Below are positions 11,881 through 25,620 of a stretch of 64,000 bases of DNA, piece by piece (position 1 is the first letter of the stretch; every line of letters starts with the position of its first letter). The DNA comes from Tubulanus polymorphus (taxonomy: Eukaryota > Animalia > Nemertea). The DNA lies in NCBI RefSeq assembly GCF_964204645.1, contig NC_134032.1:2938175-3002174 (forward strand), given 5' to 3'. The notes beneath the pieces are model-generated. The model saw only the letters and a program-made list of their open reading frames with translations. It did not search any database and had not been told where the DNA came from. The position numbers were made by a program, and so were the translations under genes.

Positions 11881-12085
11881 ACTATCTGAGAGTGTACTCA
11901 CAGTCTGAGAGCTGTACTGGTGTCTGAGAGTGTGCTGCTGACTGTCTGAGAGTGTGCTGCCTGTCCGATAGTGTACTGTCTGTCTGAGATTGTACTGACT
12001 GTCTGAGAGTGTGCTGACTGTCTGAGTGTGCTGCCTGTCTGATAGTGTCTGTCTTAGAGTGTACTGACTGTCTGAGAGCTGTACT
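11881..12085. repeat. Minisatellite (ctgtctgagagtgt(a/g)ctg-like unit, ~20 bp)
   Basis: Directly visible tandem units. Confidence 0.85.
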
Positions 12086-12139
12086 GGCCGTGCCTTCAAT
12101 CGGACCAAACTTTGTCCCGACTTTTCGATAGCTGAAGTG

Positions 12140-12260
12140 GAGAGCTGGACTGAAAATCAAGCGGCCAGGAGTAAGTACAGAACCGAGTCGATGACGATAC
12201 CACCTGGGTCTCGTTCGAAGAAGGCAAGCGTGCTAACCCGTAGACCAATCGAACCAGCCC
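12140..12260 (-). mobile_element. tRNA-derived SINE head (degenerate)
   Basis: gggctggttcgattggtctacgggttagcacgcttgcc... has an A-box-like start; B box is degraded. Confidence 0.4.
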
Positions 12261-13100
12261 AAGTCCGATAGATATGAGCTTCTAGTTGTCCGTCGATTTA
12301 CATTTTTACTTTAATAAGATCACTTTTAATAGTGACGGCATTCATAATCAAGATACCTTTCGACCATCTTCGCCCAACCTTCTTTGCTTTTATTCGGATT
12401 GAGAAGATTGCGATTTTGAATTTTATAACCGTTTTCATTTAGGGCTCATTCCCGCAGACTACGGATCAACGTGGCTTAACTTCACTAGACCGTTTACAAT
12501 GGTGAGTCTATTTGGTAGTTAGCAGCTTTTCAATGTAAATTGATTAACTGGTTATATATATATTCAAAAAACCGTATCAATGTTGATTTCGATGGCTTTA
12601 TCAGGCGCCCTCGAGGGGTCCACTTAACTAGACATGGGAAAAATGAATTACGACATTTTAGCTAGATAAATTTTGCCACCAAGACTTTTCAGAGACAAAT
12701 ATTTTGTCAATGATTCTTACAAACTAGTTCATTCATTCCATTCATTGAAATACTCCAGCACATTAGCATTCGCTAGTATTGTTGGAGCGTGCGCGTCTGT
12801 GTTAAATAATAATAATAATAATAAATTTATTTCCACAATAAAATTACAACATGTCATAAAGAGATATACAAATATGAAATGTTTTAATATAATGTGGAGG
12901 AGATTAGATGAAGCCAATGAAGGCTTAATCTCTAATCTCTAATCTCCTAGCATACACCGATTCACTCAACTCATACACACATGCAGTCATACACCTTCAC
13001 CCAACATGCACCCACACACGTAGTCACTCAGGCGGTCAATCACACTATCTTTCATTCACTATTACAATCTGGTAATAGATGACAGATACAGACAGATTAA

Positions 13101-16026
13101 TTACAAATTCATTAGATACAATTTAAGTTTTCTTTTGAAAGTATCTATACACGACAGTTGTTTTAAACTTTTTGGCAAATTATTCCAGACAACAGGACCA
13201 GAAATTTTTACTGTGAATTGTGTTTTGTTAGTCCGAAATCTGGCAACACGAAAAGAATTCATATTTCTGGTTGAATACGAGTGTATATCAACATTCTTTT
13301 TGAAATACCGATTAAAGGAATTTGGCAATTTTGAATTATTGAATTTGAACATAAATAGACTTAATTGAAATTTTGTAATATGTCTAAATTTTAGGATATT
13401 AAATTTCTTGAAGATAGGGTCAGTGTGTTCTAGGAAATGAGACTTATTAACTATTCTTACTGCTCTTTTTTTGTAGTAAAATTAGTGGATTAAGCTTGTT
13501 TGCATAATTACTTCCCCAGATTAAATTACAATATTGTAAATGAAGATAAACAAAACTATAATAAAGGGTAATAAGGATATTTGATGGGAAATGCTTTTTT
13601 AATCTGGTTAAAATTCCAATGGAGCGTGACACTTTACTGCAGACATATTTGATATGGACATCCCAATTTAATTTGTCATCTATAAAAAGACCAAGAAAAT
13701 TCGTACTATGTACACGTTTGATTAATTCTCCATTTAACCATATGGAAGAATTAAAGTGATCTACACGACCAAAAATCATAAAGTGGCATTTCGCAATATC
13801 TATTGAAAGTTTGTTTACTTGATACCAGATGCCAAGTTTCGCCAGTTCAGAATTTACTATGGAAACCAATTCTTTGATATTAGAGTTACTATAAAAACAA
13901 TTCGTGTCATCGGCAAAGAGGATAAAATGGAGTAATTTGGACGCATTAACGCAATCGTTAACGTATAATAAAAAGAGCAAAGGGCCTAGAATAGAACCCT
14001 GGGGTACACCAATTGATACATTTAATGGAGACGATAAGGTATTGTTGAAACTTAAAACTTGACTCCTGTCAGTCAGGTAGCTTTTAAAGCAATCATGAGG
14101 AACACCTCGGATTCCGTAATAATCAAGCTTCATTAACAAAATGTCATGGTTAACGGTGTCGAATGTCTTAGACAGGTCCAAGAATAATCCAATAGTAATA
14201 TTCTTATTTTCCAAGGCTTCAGAAAGATTATCAACAACCTTGGTTAATGCCAAATCTGTTGAATGTTTTGAACGAAAGCCAAACTGGTCGGGAATTACAA
14301 TATCCTGTTTGTTACAAAAGGAAACCAATCTGTTGTAAACTAGTTTTTCCAGAATTTTTGAGAAGCTAGGAAGCAAAGATATGGGTCGATAATTATTTAA
14401 AGAATAAGGGGCTCCGGATTTAAACAAAGGACAAACTTTCGCAATTTTGAGTTCATTGGGAACTATTCCAGTCTGAAGACTACGGTTAAAGATATGGGAT
14501 AAAGGGAACTTAATGATGTCAATCACCTGTTTTATAACAAAAATACTCAAACCATCGACACCGGCACTCTTCTTTAAGGGGAAACCCGAGACCACATCAC
14601 TTATTTCATGAGGTGAAGTCGGAAAGAGAAATAGACTTTCATTGACACGTTTATTCATATATTGATGAAAGGATTGTCCTGTATCAGGGATTTGAGAAGC
14701 AAGCCTTTCACCAATATTTGCAAAAAAATTGTTAAACTCGTTGGCGATGTTTATATTACCAGAAATAACACGTTGATCAGAAGTAAAAGAATTAGGCATT
14801 TTAGAAAAAATGTTTCTACCTAAAACTGTGTTCAACAGTTTCCACTTTTCTTTCATATCATTTCCAGCAGCGAGCAATTTTTCAGAATAATAATTAGATT
14901 CGGCTTTGTTAATAAGCTTTGAAATGAGATTTTTGTACGAGTTGTATTTTGATTTTATTTTTTCTGAACGTGTTCTAATAAATTTCCTATAAAGGTTGTT
15001 TTTTGTTTTAATTGCTGCGATAATACCAGGAGTTATCCATGGTTTATGGAATGAGGGATTAATATGATTAACTGGTACCAGAGGAAAAACTTGATTGAAA
15101 ACTAAAGAAACTTTTTCAATGAAAGTAGTGTAAGCAACTGAGGGATTATCAGATGAATACACTTCACTCCAGTTAATATTCATTAGTAATCTGTTGAAAT
15201 TAGAAATATTGCGCTGCGAGAAAATTCTAGTTTTAAAAGGTTGTCTGTCAGACAGAGGCTGATCACCACTGCATATAGTAAATATTGGGTAATGATCCGA
15301 AAGGTCGGTCATAAAAATCCCAGATTTGTGAACATGTCGCAAATCGTTACAAAAAATATTGTCAATTAAGGATGTCGAGTCACAAGTTACTCGAGTTGGC
15401 TTGTCAATCAAAGGTGAAAAAGAATGAGAAAATAAAGATTCGAGAAATATTTCAGTATGTTTGTGCGTATCATATTTCATGAGATCTATATTAAAGTCCC
15501 CCACCAGGTAGCAAAGTTTGTTCTCGCGAGTAATTTCTGCCGTTAAAACTTCAAATTCATCTTGAAAAGTTGGTAATTTTCCTCCTGGAGGTCTATATAT
15601 TACTCCAATAATAATATTGGATTTTTTATCTAAAACAATTTCGATGAATAAAGATTCGAAAGTATGATTCCTAGTTGATAAGTCTGTCCGTACTTTGAAA
15701 TTGAAATTTTCCTTTAGGAAGAGAGCTACGCCGCCACCAAGTTGACCATTGGCGCGGGATTTAAAAATACTCGTGTAACCGTTAATTCTATACAAATTAG
15801 AATTAGAATTATTTGAATTAGTCCAAGTCTCGGTCAAACCAATGACCGAAAATTGACCATTACAACAATTCAAAAAATCAGTTAAACTGTCAAAATTTTT
15901 GTTGACACTTCTGATGTTATGAGAAATGATGGATAGACTTCCCCGTTCAAGAGGAGAATCCTCGTCAACATTAAAGTACAAACAACTGTTGTTTGTACAA
16001 GGTATATCAGTTACTGAGCTTTTCAT
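13101..16026 (-). CDS. LINE ORF2: AP endonuclease plus reverse transcriptase, one +1 frameshift in an A-run near 13470
   Basis: HNIRS, LTETW, GDFN, SDH (APE); YRPISLL, FLDLSKTFD, GVPQGSILGP, FADD (RT). C-terminus resumes in the frame ending at 13101. Confidence 0.92.
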
Positions 16027-16051
16027 ACAAATAACAAGTCATGGTGTTTGA

Positions 16052-17116
16052 CTAATATTCAACGTATTGTTTTTTCCTGGTTTTTTCTATTGAAGGTGGT
16101 GTTCCGGATAGTGATCTATCCTTTCGTTTTGCCGAGGTCGGTGTGCAGAAAGCATCACTAGTGACGCCATCTATTGCCTCGCAAAAGTGTTTAAGCAATG
16201 CAAGCTTGCCGGTTTCACTGAGGTGAATACCACTTTTATCGGTCGGCGAATAAAAGTGGTCCAAAGCTTTACCAGACGGTTTAAGTTTCAATATAGTGTC
16301 ATTATCAATAAACATGATATTCTGTTCCGCGCATAGTTTCCCGATATGGTTGTTAACTGCTATTGCAAGGCTGTTGTACTCTTTTACGTTGTTGGAGTTA
16401 CCTTTTCTTGGAATGATACTAGAGAAGTGAATCTGGGCTTCATTGAAATGTTCCGTTGTTTTGGCCATGGCTAAGGACAGATTCACCACTACAGTGTCAC
16501 TGTCATTTTTGTTGTTACTTATATCGTTTGTACCTAAGTGGAGAATAACGTCAGTAATCGACGATCGATCTAGAATCTGATTGTCAGCTTTATTCAGAAG
16601 CGATGAAATCTTTTCACCGCTAGCACCAGGCTGGCAAATAACCGTGCCATTCGGAAACTCGAAGTCACGGAGGTTAGAATCACCGATTACTAATACATTA
16701 TTTGTAATAGTATTGGACAGCGGTTCGATTGACGTTTTCTCGCAATAGTCACGCGCTTCGTTGGATATCGTGTCGCTCAGAGTCACGGTACAATCACGAG
16801 CTTTATGTTCTGCGGCGCCACATTTGAAACACTTAAATCGTGACGGACAGTCAGCTGAGCGATGATCGCCAAGGCAATGTTGACACCCTATACCCTCACA
16901 GTACACTCTTACGCGGAATCCATCGATTGATGTGAAGTTTGGAATAACTTTATTAACTTGTTTCAATTTCAAATATCTGGTCCCAGTATATATTTGAGTG
17001 TCCCTTATCACGCCTTTTTTTACCGATCCTTCAACATAATCACCATTATTTTTAATAAAGTTGACAATGGTCAGATCCGACATCTCATACGGAGCATCGA
17101 CTATTTTCACAGACAA
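16052..17116 (-). CDS. LINE ORF1: RRM-like region, two CCHC zinc knuckles and SGNH/GDSL esterase (no ATG at the 5' end, likely truncated)
   Basis: CQHCLGDHRSADC, CFKCGAAEHKARDC; VIGDSN, HLGTND, GIHLS. Confidence 0.85.
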   Translation of the reverse strand: MSVKIVDAPYEMSDLTIVNFIKNNGDYVEGSVKKGVIRDTQIYTGTRYLKLKQVNKVIPNFTSIDGFRVRVYCEGIGCQHCLGDHRSADCPSRFKCFKCGAAEHKARDCTVTLSDTISNEARDYCEKTSIEPLSNTITNNVLVIGDSNLRDFEFPNGTVICQPGASGEKISSLLNKADNQILDRSSITDVILHLGTNDISNNKNDSDTVVVNLSLAMAKTTEHFNEAQIHFSSIIPRKGNSNNVKEYNSLAIAVNNHIGKLCAEQNIMFIDNDTILKLKPSGKALDHFYSPTDKSGIHLSETGKLALLKHFCEAIDGVTSDAFCTPTSAKRKDRSLSGTPPSIEKTRKKQYVEY

Positions 17117-17149
17117 AAGGAAAAAGAGGAAGGAAAAGAATGTGCATAG

Positions 17150-19039
17150 AAAATCTGATTAATAATAATGATAAAAGAGATAATGAACAATATCTTTAAA
17201 AACACTCAACAGGATTTCGGAATAAATCTAGGGTTGTGCCACAGATACCAACTTCCTGAAGGATTTGGGTGACTGGGCATTAACAACTGATGCAGAGAGA
17301 TTATTCAATTGGGCTTTGGAAATAGTTTTTGTGCGTATAGCAGTGTTTGTAGTTTCCTGAATGATTAGAAACGACGCTATTTTCAAAAATCTTATAATGG
17401 GAATAATTTATGCTTTTGATTATGTGGTCGGAAGGCGTCCATTATCGTATTCGAACATAAATTCATTGAGGAATAGGAAGTTTTGACAATTTTACGTCGA
17501 GCCATTTTTACTACCGGCCACACCTGCCAGGAATGAAACGGGGTATATTCCTGAAATAGGATAACGAAACCAACAGATATATTAGATGTATTGGATACAG
17601 GTTGATTCTCTTTTTTAATCGATGTGCTGGACACTTCGGTTTCTTTTTGGATCCGATAAAAACCATCCTGGACAAGGAAGTGACCTAAATGGGGAAATTT
17701 TTGTCCGTTGCCTAATCTAATGCCGACAACTTTACCCCGGAGAGTGGGACATCATACTACTCCGGAACCTAGCTCAATTGTCTTTCTCGTGCACATGACG
17801 TCGTGGTTTGTTCGCCAAGCAGTCGTGGATACTTGTCATACTATCTTGAGATAACTACATATAATAACAAGACCCGATAATCAACATACTTGGTTATTTA
17901 TGACCATGACCATAGGGAGAAACTGACCCCAGCCAGATACGTGTGAAATTTGGCCCATGTCAATTGAAAAGGGCACAGTATTCACCGATTCGCATTCACA
18001 CGAAGATTCATAATTTGGCACGTGCCTGGTCTTACGTTTTGGTCGGACTATATTCTTCCCGTTTCAAACAGGCATGTGTCCGGCACCTCCACGCCCGGGC
18101 GCATTTCAGAAATTATCGGTGATTGCAATGAATAATGGGTTTATCTGTAAATATTATGCATCAATTTGTTCAGTAAGGAATTTGCATTCAGAAATAAATC
18201 ATGATGTGGCATAGATTTGTTTGTGTTTTTCATCTATCAGCGAAAGTTTACCTAGCATACGTTCGCGTAATGCTGAAAAATCTGCTTTTATGCCCCGTCA
18301 CGTGGTGGCACCTACTGCATTTTGATATGCTAATGAGCAGGTGATGACGTAACTGTAACGTTTCCGAGCGTCCGGTGAGCTGATTTTTAAGCATTACACG
18401 AGCGTATGCTGAGTATGCTGAGTAAACTATCGCTCATAAATAAAAACAAAAACACATTTAGTAGAAATTGTTGATTATTTCTGAATGCAAATCCCTCACT
18501 GAACGTCTTTCGGAGAGCAGGTGTGATAGACAGTAACTGTTTATTCTATTGGAAGTCTGTTCTAATCATCAGTTTTGATACCCAGGTTTATCTTGAATTT
18601 ATTATCTTCTTGTATTTTAGTAACTAAGTCGGTTTGTTCCTTATTTTCTCGAAAATGTATCCTTTTGCTGGAGCTCAGTTTCCTTTGGTCTCTTGGTACA
18701 GGCAGCACCCTCGCTCTTCGGTGTTGTCATATCGCGGAAAGACGGAAACGCGGAATTTTCCAAAAACGCGGAATTTCTTCATTTTTACTTTAAATAGAAA
18801 ACGGGTTTTCCCACGGGGATACCCGTGCCTAATATAAACATATTATCCGCAATTGCAAGTAGTCGCAGAATGTAATATGTGGTTACTTCTGATTTAAAAC
18901 GATATAGAATGACATATGTGTAAATATTGAGGAAAAATCCAGTGCTCCAAATTGCAGGTAAACAGTAAACATACACGATTACGATGTTAAAGATGACCTT
19001 ATTCAATGAACAGTGTTGTTCAACTGTAGAATTTTCCAT
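17150..19039 (-). pseudogene. Fragmented GPCR pseudogene interrupted by insertions
   Basis: 19039-18830 encodes MENSTV...GFFLN...LLAIADN (TM1-2). ~17580-17520 encodes VILFQEY, similar to the TM5 FFQEIFP of the 9 kb paralog. Confidence 0.5.
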
Positions 19040-20730
19040 CGTGCCATTTGAGCCGTTTCTTATTGTCGTCCTTGGCAGTAACATAACTGGCGAGAGAGAT
19101 TTTACGGCATTAAGAAATAATCGCTGAATGCTATGGTAACAGATTCTCAATAGATTAATGATGCTGTCGGGCACTACGTAGAGTTACATTTGAATACTGC
19201 GCTGGCATTACACTTTCAGAAGTATATTATGAAGTAATCAATAACACTGCTTCTATTTGAATCACATTTTACTAATAGAAGGAACATAACATTGCGTAAG
19301 TTTTGTTTGACAAATTGAATAAAAAAATTAGTCATAAACATAATCCATTTAGAGTATATGAATACTAGCACAACCCGTCCACGGGAGGGTTTAGATACGA
19401 GCTATAGCTACCCGTTACCTCAGAGGAGATTTGCTAAAATATTGTTAGCGGAGGATTCGGGATTTCGGTTAGGTGTGGACAAAGCAGTTTTTGGTCTGGG
19501 AGTTCCCCCGAAATTCTTTTGAATATAAGATGCGCCTGAGCGGTGTTGTCATATCGCGGAATCACGGAATCGCAGCATTTTCCAACAACACGGAATTTCT
19601 GCATTTCCACTATACATAATAACCGTGTTTTTCCGCGGGATATCCCTTGTTGGACCAGGCACCGGACGCTTGTTTTCATAACCTATACCTGGTAGGCCTA
19701 TGTGATAATCTATTACCATCGTCACTCAACAAATTAATGATACTTCCAAACGAAAAAATGGAGAACCTACGTGGGCAATTAATCTATCAACATTGACTGC
19801 TGAACCAATCACAGTAATTTGTGCATCGGGCCTGTACTCAAGGCAGTGCGTCGGGTGAGACCACATATACGAGTTCTGTGAATGTTACCATTAATAAACC
19901 TTTATACTAATTCAATAAATGCTGCATTGTGAAATAGATATAAAAACGATGGTTATTAAAACTGCACTGTTTCACTGGTCGTATTATGACCAAACGAGGT
20001 ACGTTTTCATACGGTCAAGAGAAATTATCCCAAAATGAACGATGTCAGACGAAAACAGATACACATTATGCATATTCTGGCTTTGGACTTTTAATGCGTG
20101 TAAATTGTGATTGATGCGGGGGTGGTGTATCTAGAAGAGCTAATAAAAGTTGAATGATGTTAAAGATTATATATAAAATGGTATCTTTTTGCAACTCCGT
20201 TATTCTTGAAGCGAAAGCTGTTACTTAGTTGATTCCGTTATTCTTGAAGAGAAAGCTGTTACTTAGTTGATTCTCCGCGTTGATTCCTTGAGTCTAAATA
20301 CGTATTATCGGTACTAGACGGCGGTTGCTATTGAAATAATATTCATGGAATCGCGGTACATGTTTGGTAGTAGCACATTTCATGTTTGCAGCCATCTGAA
20401 ACTACGACCCAAGCTAGAGCGACTGTGCTCAAATCTACTTGAGATCGCAAAAAGTCGATTGACATCGATAACCGGAGTTTGCTCTGGTGCCTATCTCTTT
20501 GTCCGACTACATTCTGACTGCAGATGAACGGTATCATAGAACAACAATGTCAGATTGCGTGCTTAATAGTGTGATTCGAAGCTAACTCAGTGCATCGATT
20601 GGTCAGGTGCCTTGACCGACACAGGGCATCCCCGCGGGAAAACATGGTTACTATTTATAGTGAGAGTGAAGAAAATCCGTGTTTTTAAAAAACTCCGCGA
20701 TTCAGTTATTCCGCGATATGACAACACCGG
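18719..20730. repeat. Three dispersed copies of a ~110 bp repeat (18719-18828 +, 19542-19650 +, 20620-20730 -)
   Basis: Each begins cggtgttgtcatatcgcggaa; the first copy interrupts the GPCR pseudogene. Confidence 0.8.
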
Positions 20731-21649
20731 CGCCTCAGATGCATCTCTGACACGGTTGGAGTCCAAAACCATGGACTCCAAAAACCAAGAGATTGTGTCG
20801 TGAGGAGGTGTTGCACATGCTAGAAGTGCACCCCTGCATCTGCTGCTGATGGAAATATTGTCGTTTCATTAAATCTGAAATGAGCCACTTCTCCGCTGAA
20901 TATAGGGTTGCCATGACATAGAATAATTTGGAAAACCTTACAAAATAACGAAGGTTGAACCTTTCAAAGGCATGAATTTGAAAATTTGAACGCCTTTATT
21001 CTCCAGGTCAATCATTCTCATTCATGGAAAAACCACTTCTATTTTTTGCAAATTCCCATGTAATGATCCATGTAGGAAGTACATGAAAAAAAACTGAATT
21101 TCCCGTACAATTAAAGCATACGGGTTAACAGGCATGCAGAATAACATTTTTCCTCGTGTCTTTCCGAGCCTGCAATCGGACTTCGTGGAATAATTCATCT
21201 GCCCCATCGTGTTGAATTTGTATAATATTGCTATCAATCTTTCTGCTGGGAGTTCGATTATCTTTTTGAACCAATTACTTTGAATTGCATTACTAAAACC
21301 GTATGAAACCCGTATGAAAGTGGTAAGAAAAATAAATTCAAAAAGAATGAATGCGTGTGTCACTGAGACAGGTTATTCATAGTATTACTGTTTCAGTCCC
21401 CTCGCCGTTACGTATCTCCTGCAGTGAAATATAACCCAGTTCACCAATTTGGACACCGTGATATCGTCCAGTTTCTTAACGAAGATGGCGGGACCCAAGG
21501 CGTAATTGGGAGAATTCGCGGCGATTTGTGAAGTTGTTGGCAACAACATAATTTTCGTTAATAAAGCGTGATTTAAATAGTTTGTAGGATCGGTGTTTTG
21601 GGTTTTGAGTGGTTAATTTCTTTGGGCCATATGGATGAATAACGGGCTT

Positions 21650-21935
21650 TCATTTTAGATTGCAGTAGATTAATAGTTGATTGAACCAAACACCTGAGAG
21701 GTCGAGGCATTCTTGAAGTGAGTGGAGATTTGTGCACCAGTTATGGGTAGAGTGCATAGACATTAGGTTTTCAAGATATGCTTTATATACCATAGTCGAA
21801 GCGTCTATTTTAGAAATGCGCAGCCAGTATTTGACCATAGTGGCAAGAAGGTTATAAGTAGAGGGAACTGTCCCAGATCACCGCGAACAGCTGCATTAAC
21901 AGAGCGTTTCTTTACCCCGAGTAGAGACTTGCCAT
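21650..21935 (-). mobile_element. LINE (RTE-X-like) ORF2 C-terminal fragment
   Basis: SVNAAVRGDLGQFP...MVKYWLRI...VYKAY. Confidence 0.6.
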
Positions 21936-22856
21936 ATTTGATGAAAGATTTTTCACAGGGTAGATGGTTACATAATATCGTAAAAGTGAGATGGTTGTAT
22001 TACGCAGGGGATTGGTTACATTCAGGCATCACTTGCCAGATCATTCATTCAATGAAAATGTCCGAAGCTACGATCAAGTTACCGACCGATGGTAATTCAT
22101 TCATCATAAAAGGGAAACCTATGCAATAGAAGTAATGGTCATAGAATCTTATAGAGCCAATATTCATGTGATGCCATGGTTATAAAAAGGCGGGACCGCG
22201 ACGAGTGAGGGTTCGGGGAAGCGGACGAACCCCCTGAAATTTTTCAAAATTAACATATATTTTTCATGTTTTTTTTGGAAATGATAAGCCTTAGCTTCGT
22301 TTCTCATCTTCTTCTAATGGACCAAATTTCAGCTATTCCGACCGTACCAACTATAAGTGGATGATAGATGTGAGTATATTTCGCAAGATTCCTGATAATT
22401 AATTAGTGCCAAATTGTGTCAACCATAAAGTAACTTCATTTCTCTAATGGTAGATAGCTACCATGAATAATACTTTATTCGTATCAAATAAATTAACCAA
22501 ACGCGCGAGACTCCGTGCAAACAGTATGATACCATCAATCCTATATGGCGAATAGTTTGACAGTATCTCTAATGAATGGTGAATAGCTATCACCTGTAAG
22601 ACTTGTAAATAAGACGTTTTGTAACCACACGGATCTCTTTCTCGTGAAATTAACTTATTGATTCATCAGAGAATGCAGCCAGTCCAAGCAGCGGAGACGA
22701 TCATCCATTAATCTTACATGCAAATATCAGGATTAAGATTTGGATGCTAATTTGATTTGCTAGAATTTGATGGCAAACAAGAGATTACAAAAGGATATAA
22801 CACTTAGAAGTTTCTAATAGATTTGTAACTCATAACGTGCAACTTGTTGATACGAG

Positions 22857-23809
22857 ATGAATTATACTGAGATGCACTTAGTTGGACGACCTTACAGCAG
22901 TTACATCGTTCTAATGACATTGGTGAACAAGTCTGGCACCTACCGTACAGTTTCATTGGTCATACTGCTTGTCATGTTCTTGTTTGGAGCGTTTGGAAAT
23001 TCGGCTACATTCCTGATAATGATAAGTCGCAGATTCCACCGTTTATCTTACGCTAACTACCTGATCGCTTTGTCTATCAGTGATTTAGTGTTCTGTGTCT
23101 GTTTTACGCTGATGCCTATTTTACAGTTTGTTCTCTTTAGTCTAAATACTGGTCAAATAATCTTGGTAGATTCACTGATCAGTTGTCAAATATACGAATT
23201 CTTGATAAATTCGATGGGCGCCAATAGTGCCTGGTTAATAGTAGCGATATCTCTAGAACGTGCGGCAGTTGTTCTCTTCCCGTTCACATCTCGTTTGATA
23301 TCTACGTCACCCAGATTTGCCCGATGCGTTGTTGCTTTTATGTCCACAATAAATGCATTCGTAATTGGTGTTCATCCTGTAGCAACAATGACATTTGTTT
23401 ATCCTTTCGGATGTTACTACAAGTCTTCGGACCAAACCTTACTTTTTATGATATGTGTAATATACGTTTTTCTTGTACCGTTAACTTTCAAATAATATCA
23501 AATTCTGTCATAATAATTCAGTTATTCAGGGGTTCAAAAATGGTTTCGTCCGATCAGAAAACTACAAAATCAAAACGTACAACAATAATGCTTCTAACAG
23601 TTTCACTCGCATTTGCAATTTTTACACTGCCAAACTCTCTGGTCGTACTTTTACCAATCTCACCGGAACATACAGACTTCCTCATAGATATTTCCTCCCA
23701 GTTCGAATCGTGTAATTATGTCGTCAATTTCTACATATACCTTTTACTGGGACAAGAAATTCGTGAATATTTCTGTATGAAAATCCGCTGTAGAAATTCA
23801 TTGAAATAA
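22857..23809 (+). pseudogene. GPCR paralog of 10910-11851 with one frameshift near 23490
   Basis: Near-identical blocks (GAFGNSATFL, SNSVIIIQLFRGSKM.SSDQKTTKSKRTTI) split over two frames. May be a sequencing error. Confidence 0.85.
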
Positions 23810-25620
23810 CCATCGATTTCAAGTTTTGATTTATTCAGCGAATATAATATTACGCTTTAAAACAGTTTCATGAATTCTTCGTCAAGCTAATAATTACTGT
23901 ACCGACCAACGGCCCCTATATGACCTTATTTCTTATGATACACGCGCGTTCCTCTCTCATTCCATAACCAACCTCCACTTTAAAATCGTATATTGCCTGC
24001 CTATAGTCCGTTCAGTCGGTTTTCCAGACTCGAAGTGTCTGGTCCGGTATACGGAAGAAATGACCCGAGAAAAAATGTCCCCAGAAAAAATAACAATAAA
24101 AATAACAACAATATTTTAACATTTGATTACAAATAATAGCTCTACTTTGATTTGATCATTTGTATTATAAATGTAACATCTCAAATTTGACGTATCATGT
24201 AATGAGTTCATATGATCTCAATAAGCATATTTAATGCCAAAATTCTAGGCCTATAATTCTCGTGGTCACTCAATGCATTTTTATGGTTAGTGTTTATGCT
24301 AACAAGTTTGTTCTCTGGTATTATTTTGAGGTGAAATTGACTTTCAGTTTCAAACACTGGAGTCCTCTGATCGGGACAAAAGCTGTTGGTATTCAGTTCT
24401 GTAATACCACAGGCACTTGAATATGGGCTTTGATAATGGATAAATATTTGATAATTTACCAGCGATACGTTAATCCTACTTCGATAGATCCACCATGTTT
24501 GATAATGAATTTACCCATGATGCAATGCGCACCCGTCGTTTAACTATACTATACAGAAAGGCTGGAAACGATGCTATATCCGTAATGCTTAAATCTACCC
24601 GCAGTTGTCGGGACAGCGGTGACGTCACAACCCACCGAAGAGCCATGTCGATGATGTCCGATTGCGACTTCGGGAAAGTTCGGGATTGTTCGGACCTCAT
24701 CGGATTACAGGAAATATGGCGCGCTGATTGGGAACACAGCTGGGATATTTTACCACGTAATTTTACTGCTTTTACGCATGTTTGAAGGCCTTTAAAAGGA
24801 AAGTACACATAGTTATTGCTGATGACTTGCCTAGTTGTTTATTTTCCCATTTATTCTTATCATGGGATGGAGGGGGTGCCGTCAAAACTTGTAGAGTGCA
24901 GTACCACCGAGCCAGCAGCATGAGGGATTCGATGGCATATTTGTCCATAATACTAATAGTCCTTTAGTTTCAAGTAATAATTCATAATGTTGGTTCTCTC
25001 ACATTCCAGTAGGCCTTTACATGCCCATTTCTTGAATTCGGCTGATACTTTCCACGAATGTTCGACTTTTGGCCTGGTGTATTAAAACGCTGATTCTGGT
25101 TTGAGCTTGCCTTATAGAAGATGGACCCACATCTTTTTTGCCGAGTTCTTATCAAATTTAGTTTGGTTTTTCTTGCATTGTCCATTTTCGGAATTGGTTT
25201 CGTATCAACTTTTCAAAAGTTTCACTGTACCCATGTAGACTGAGCGGGGTAGTCTTAGTGTATTAAGTGCATTTACTAATGCGTTAGTGAGGTTTGGCCA
25301 GGTTTATAATGTTTCAAACAATTCATTACATTGTTTATGAGAATGGGCTTGTGAGCTACCCATTGAAGACTAGGTCACAGGCAGTTGCTGTTATTGCATT
25401 CACTTTTCCGTTTTTGAGATTTTGCAAGGTGTGTTAATGTTTCATTACCACACTGGGCTTGTAATGGGCTTGTGATCTCTCTATAGAAGGCTGGGTCTGT
25501 GTACTTGCTGTTATTGCATTCACTTTTCCATATTTGAGATTTGGCCATGTGCTTATTGGTTTTTAAAAACATTGACTCGTTAATGCTGTGTCTCGTTTCC
25601 ATATGAGAAATTGCTGAAAT

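Larger units (their letters stand above)
12806..17116 (-). mobile_element. CR1/L2-group non-LTR retrotransposon, 5'-truncated, nearly intact
   Basis: ORF1 plus APE-RT ORF2, a 3' UTR and a (TTA)n tail at ~12806-12825. Confidence 0.9.

Noticed and set aside
11848-12160. ORFs with TLSDSQ repeats
   Set aside because: Minisatellite translation.
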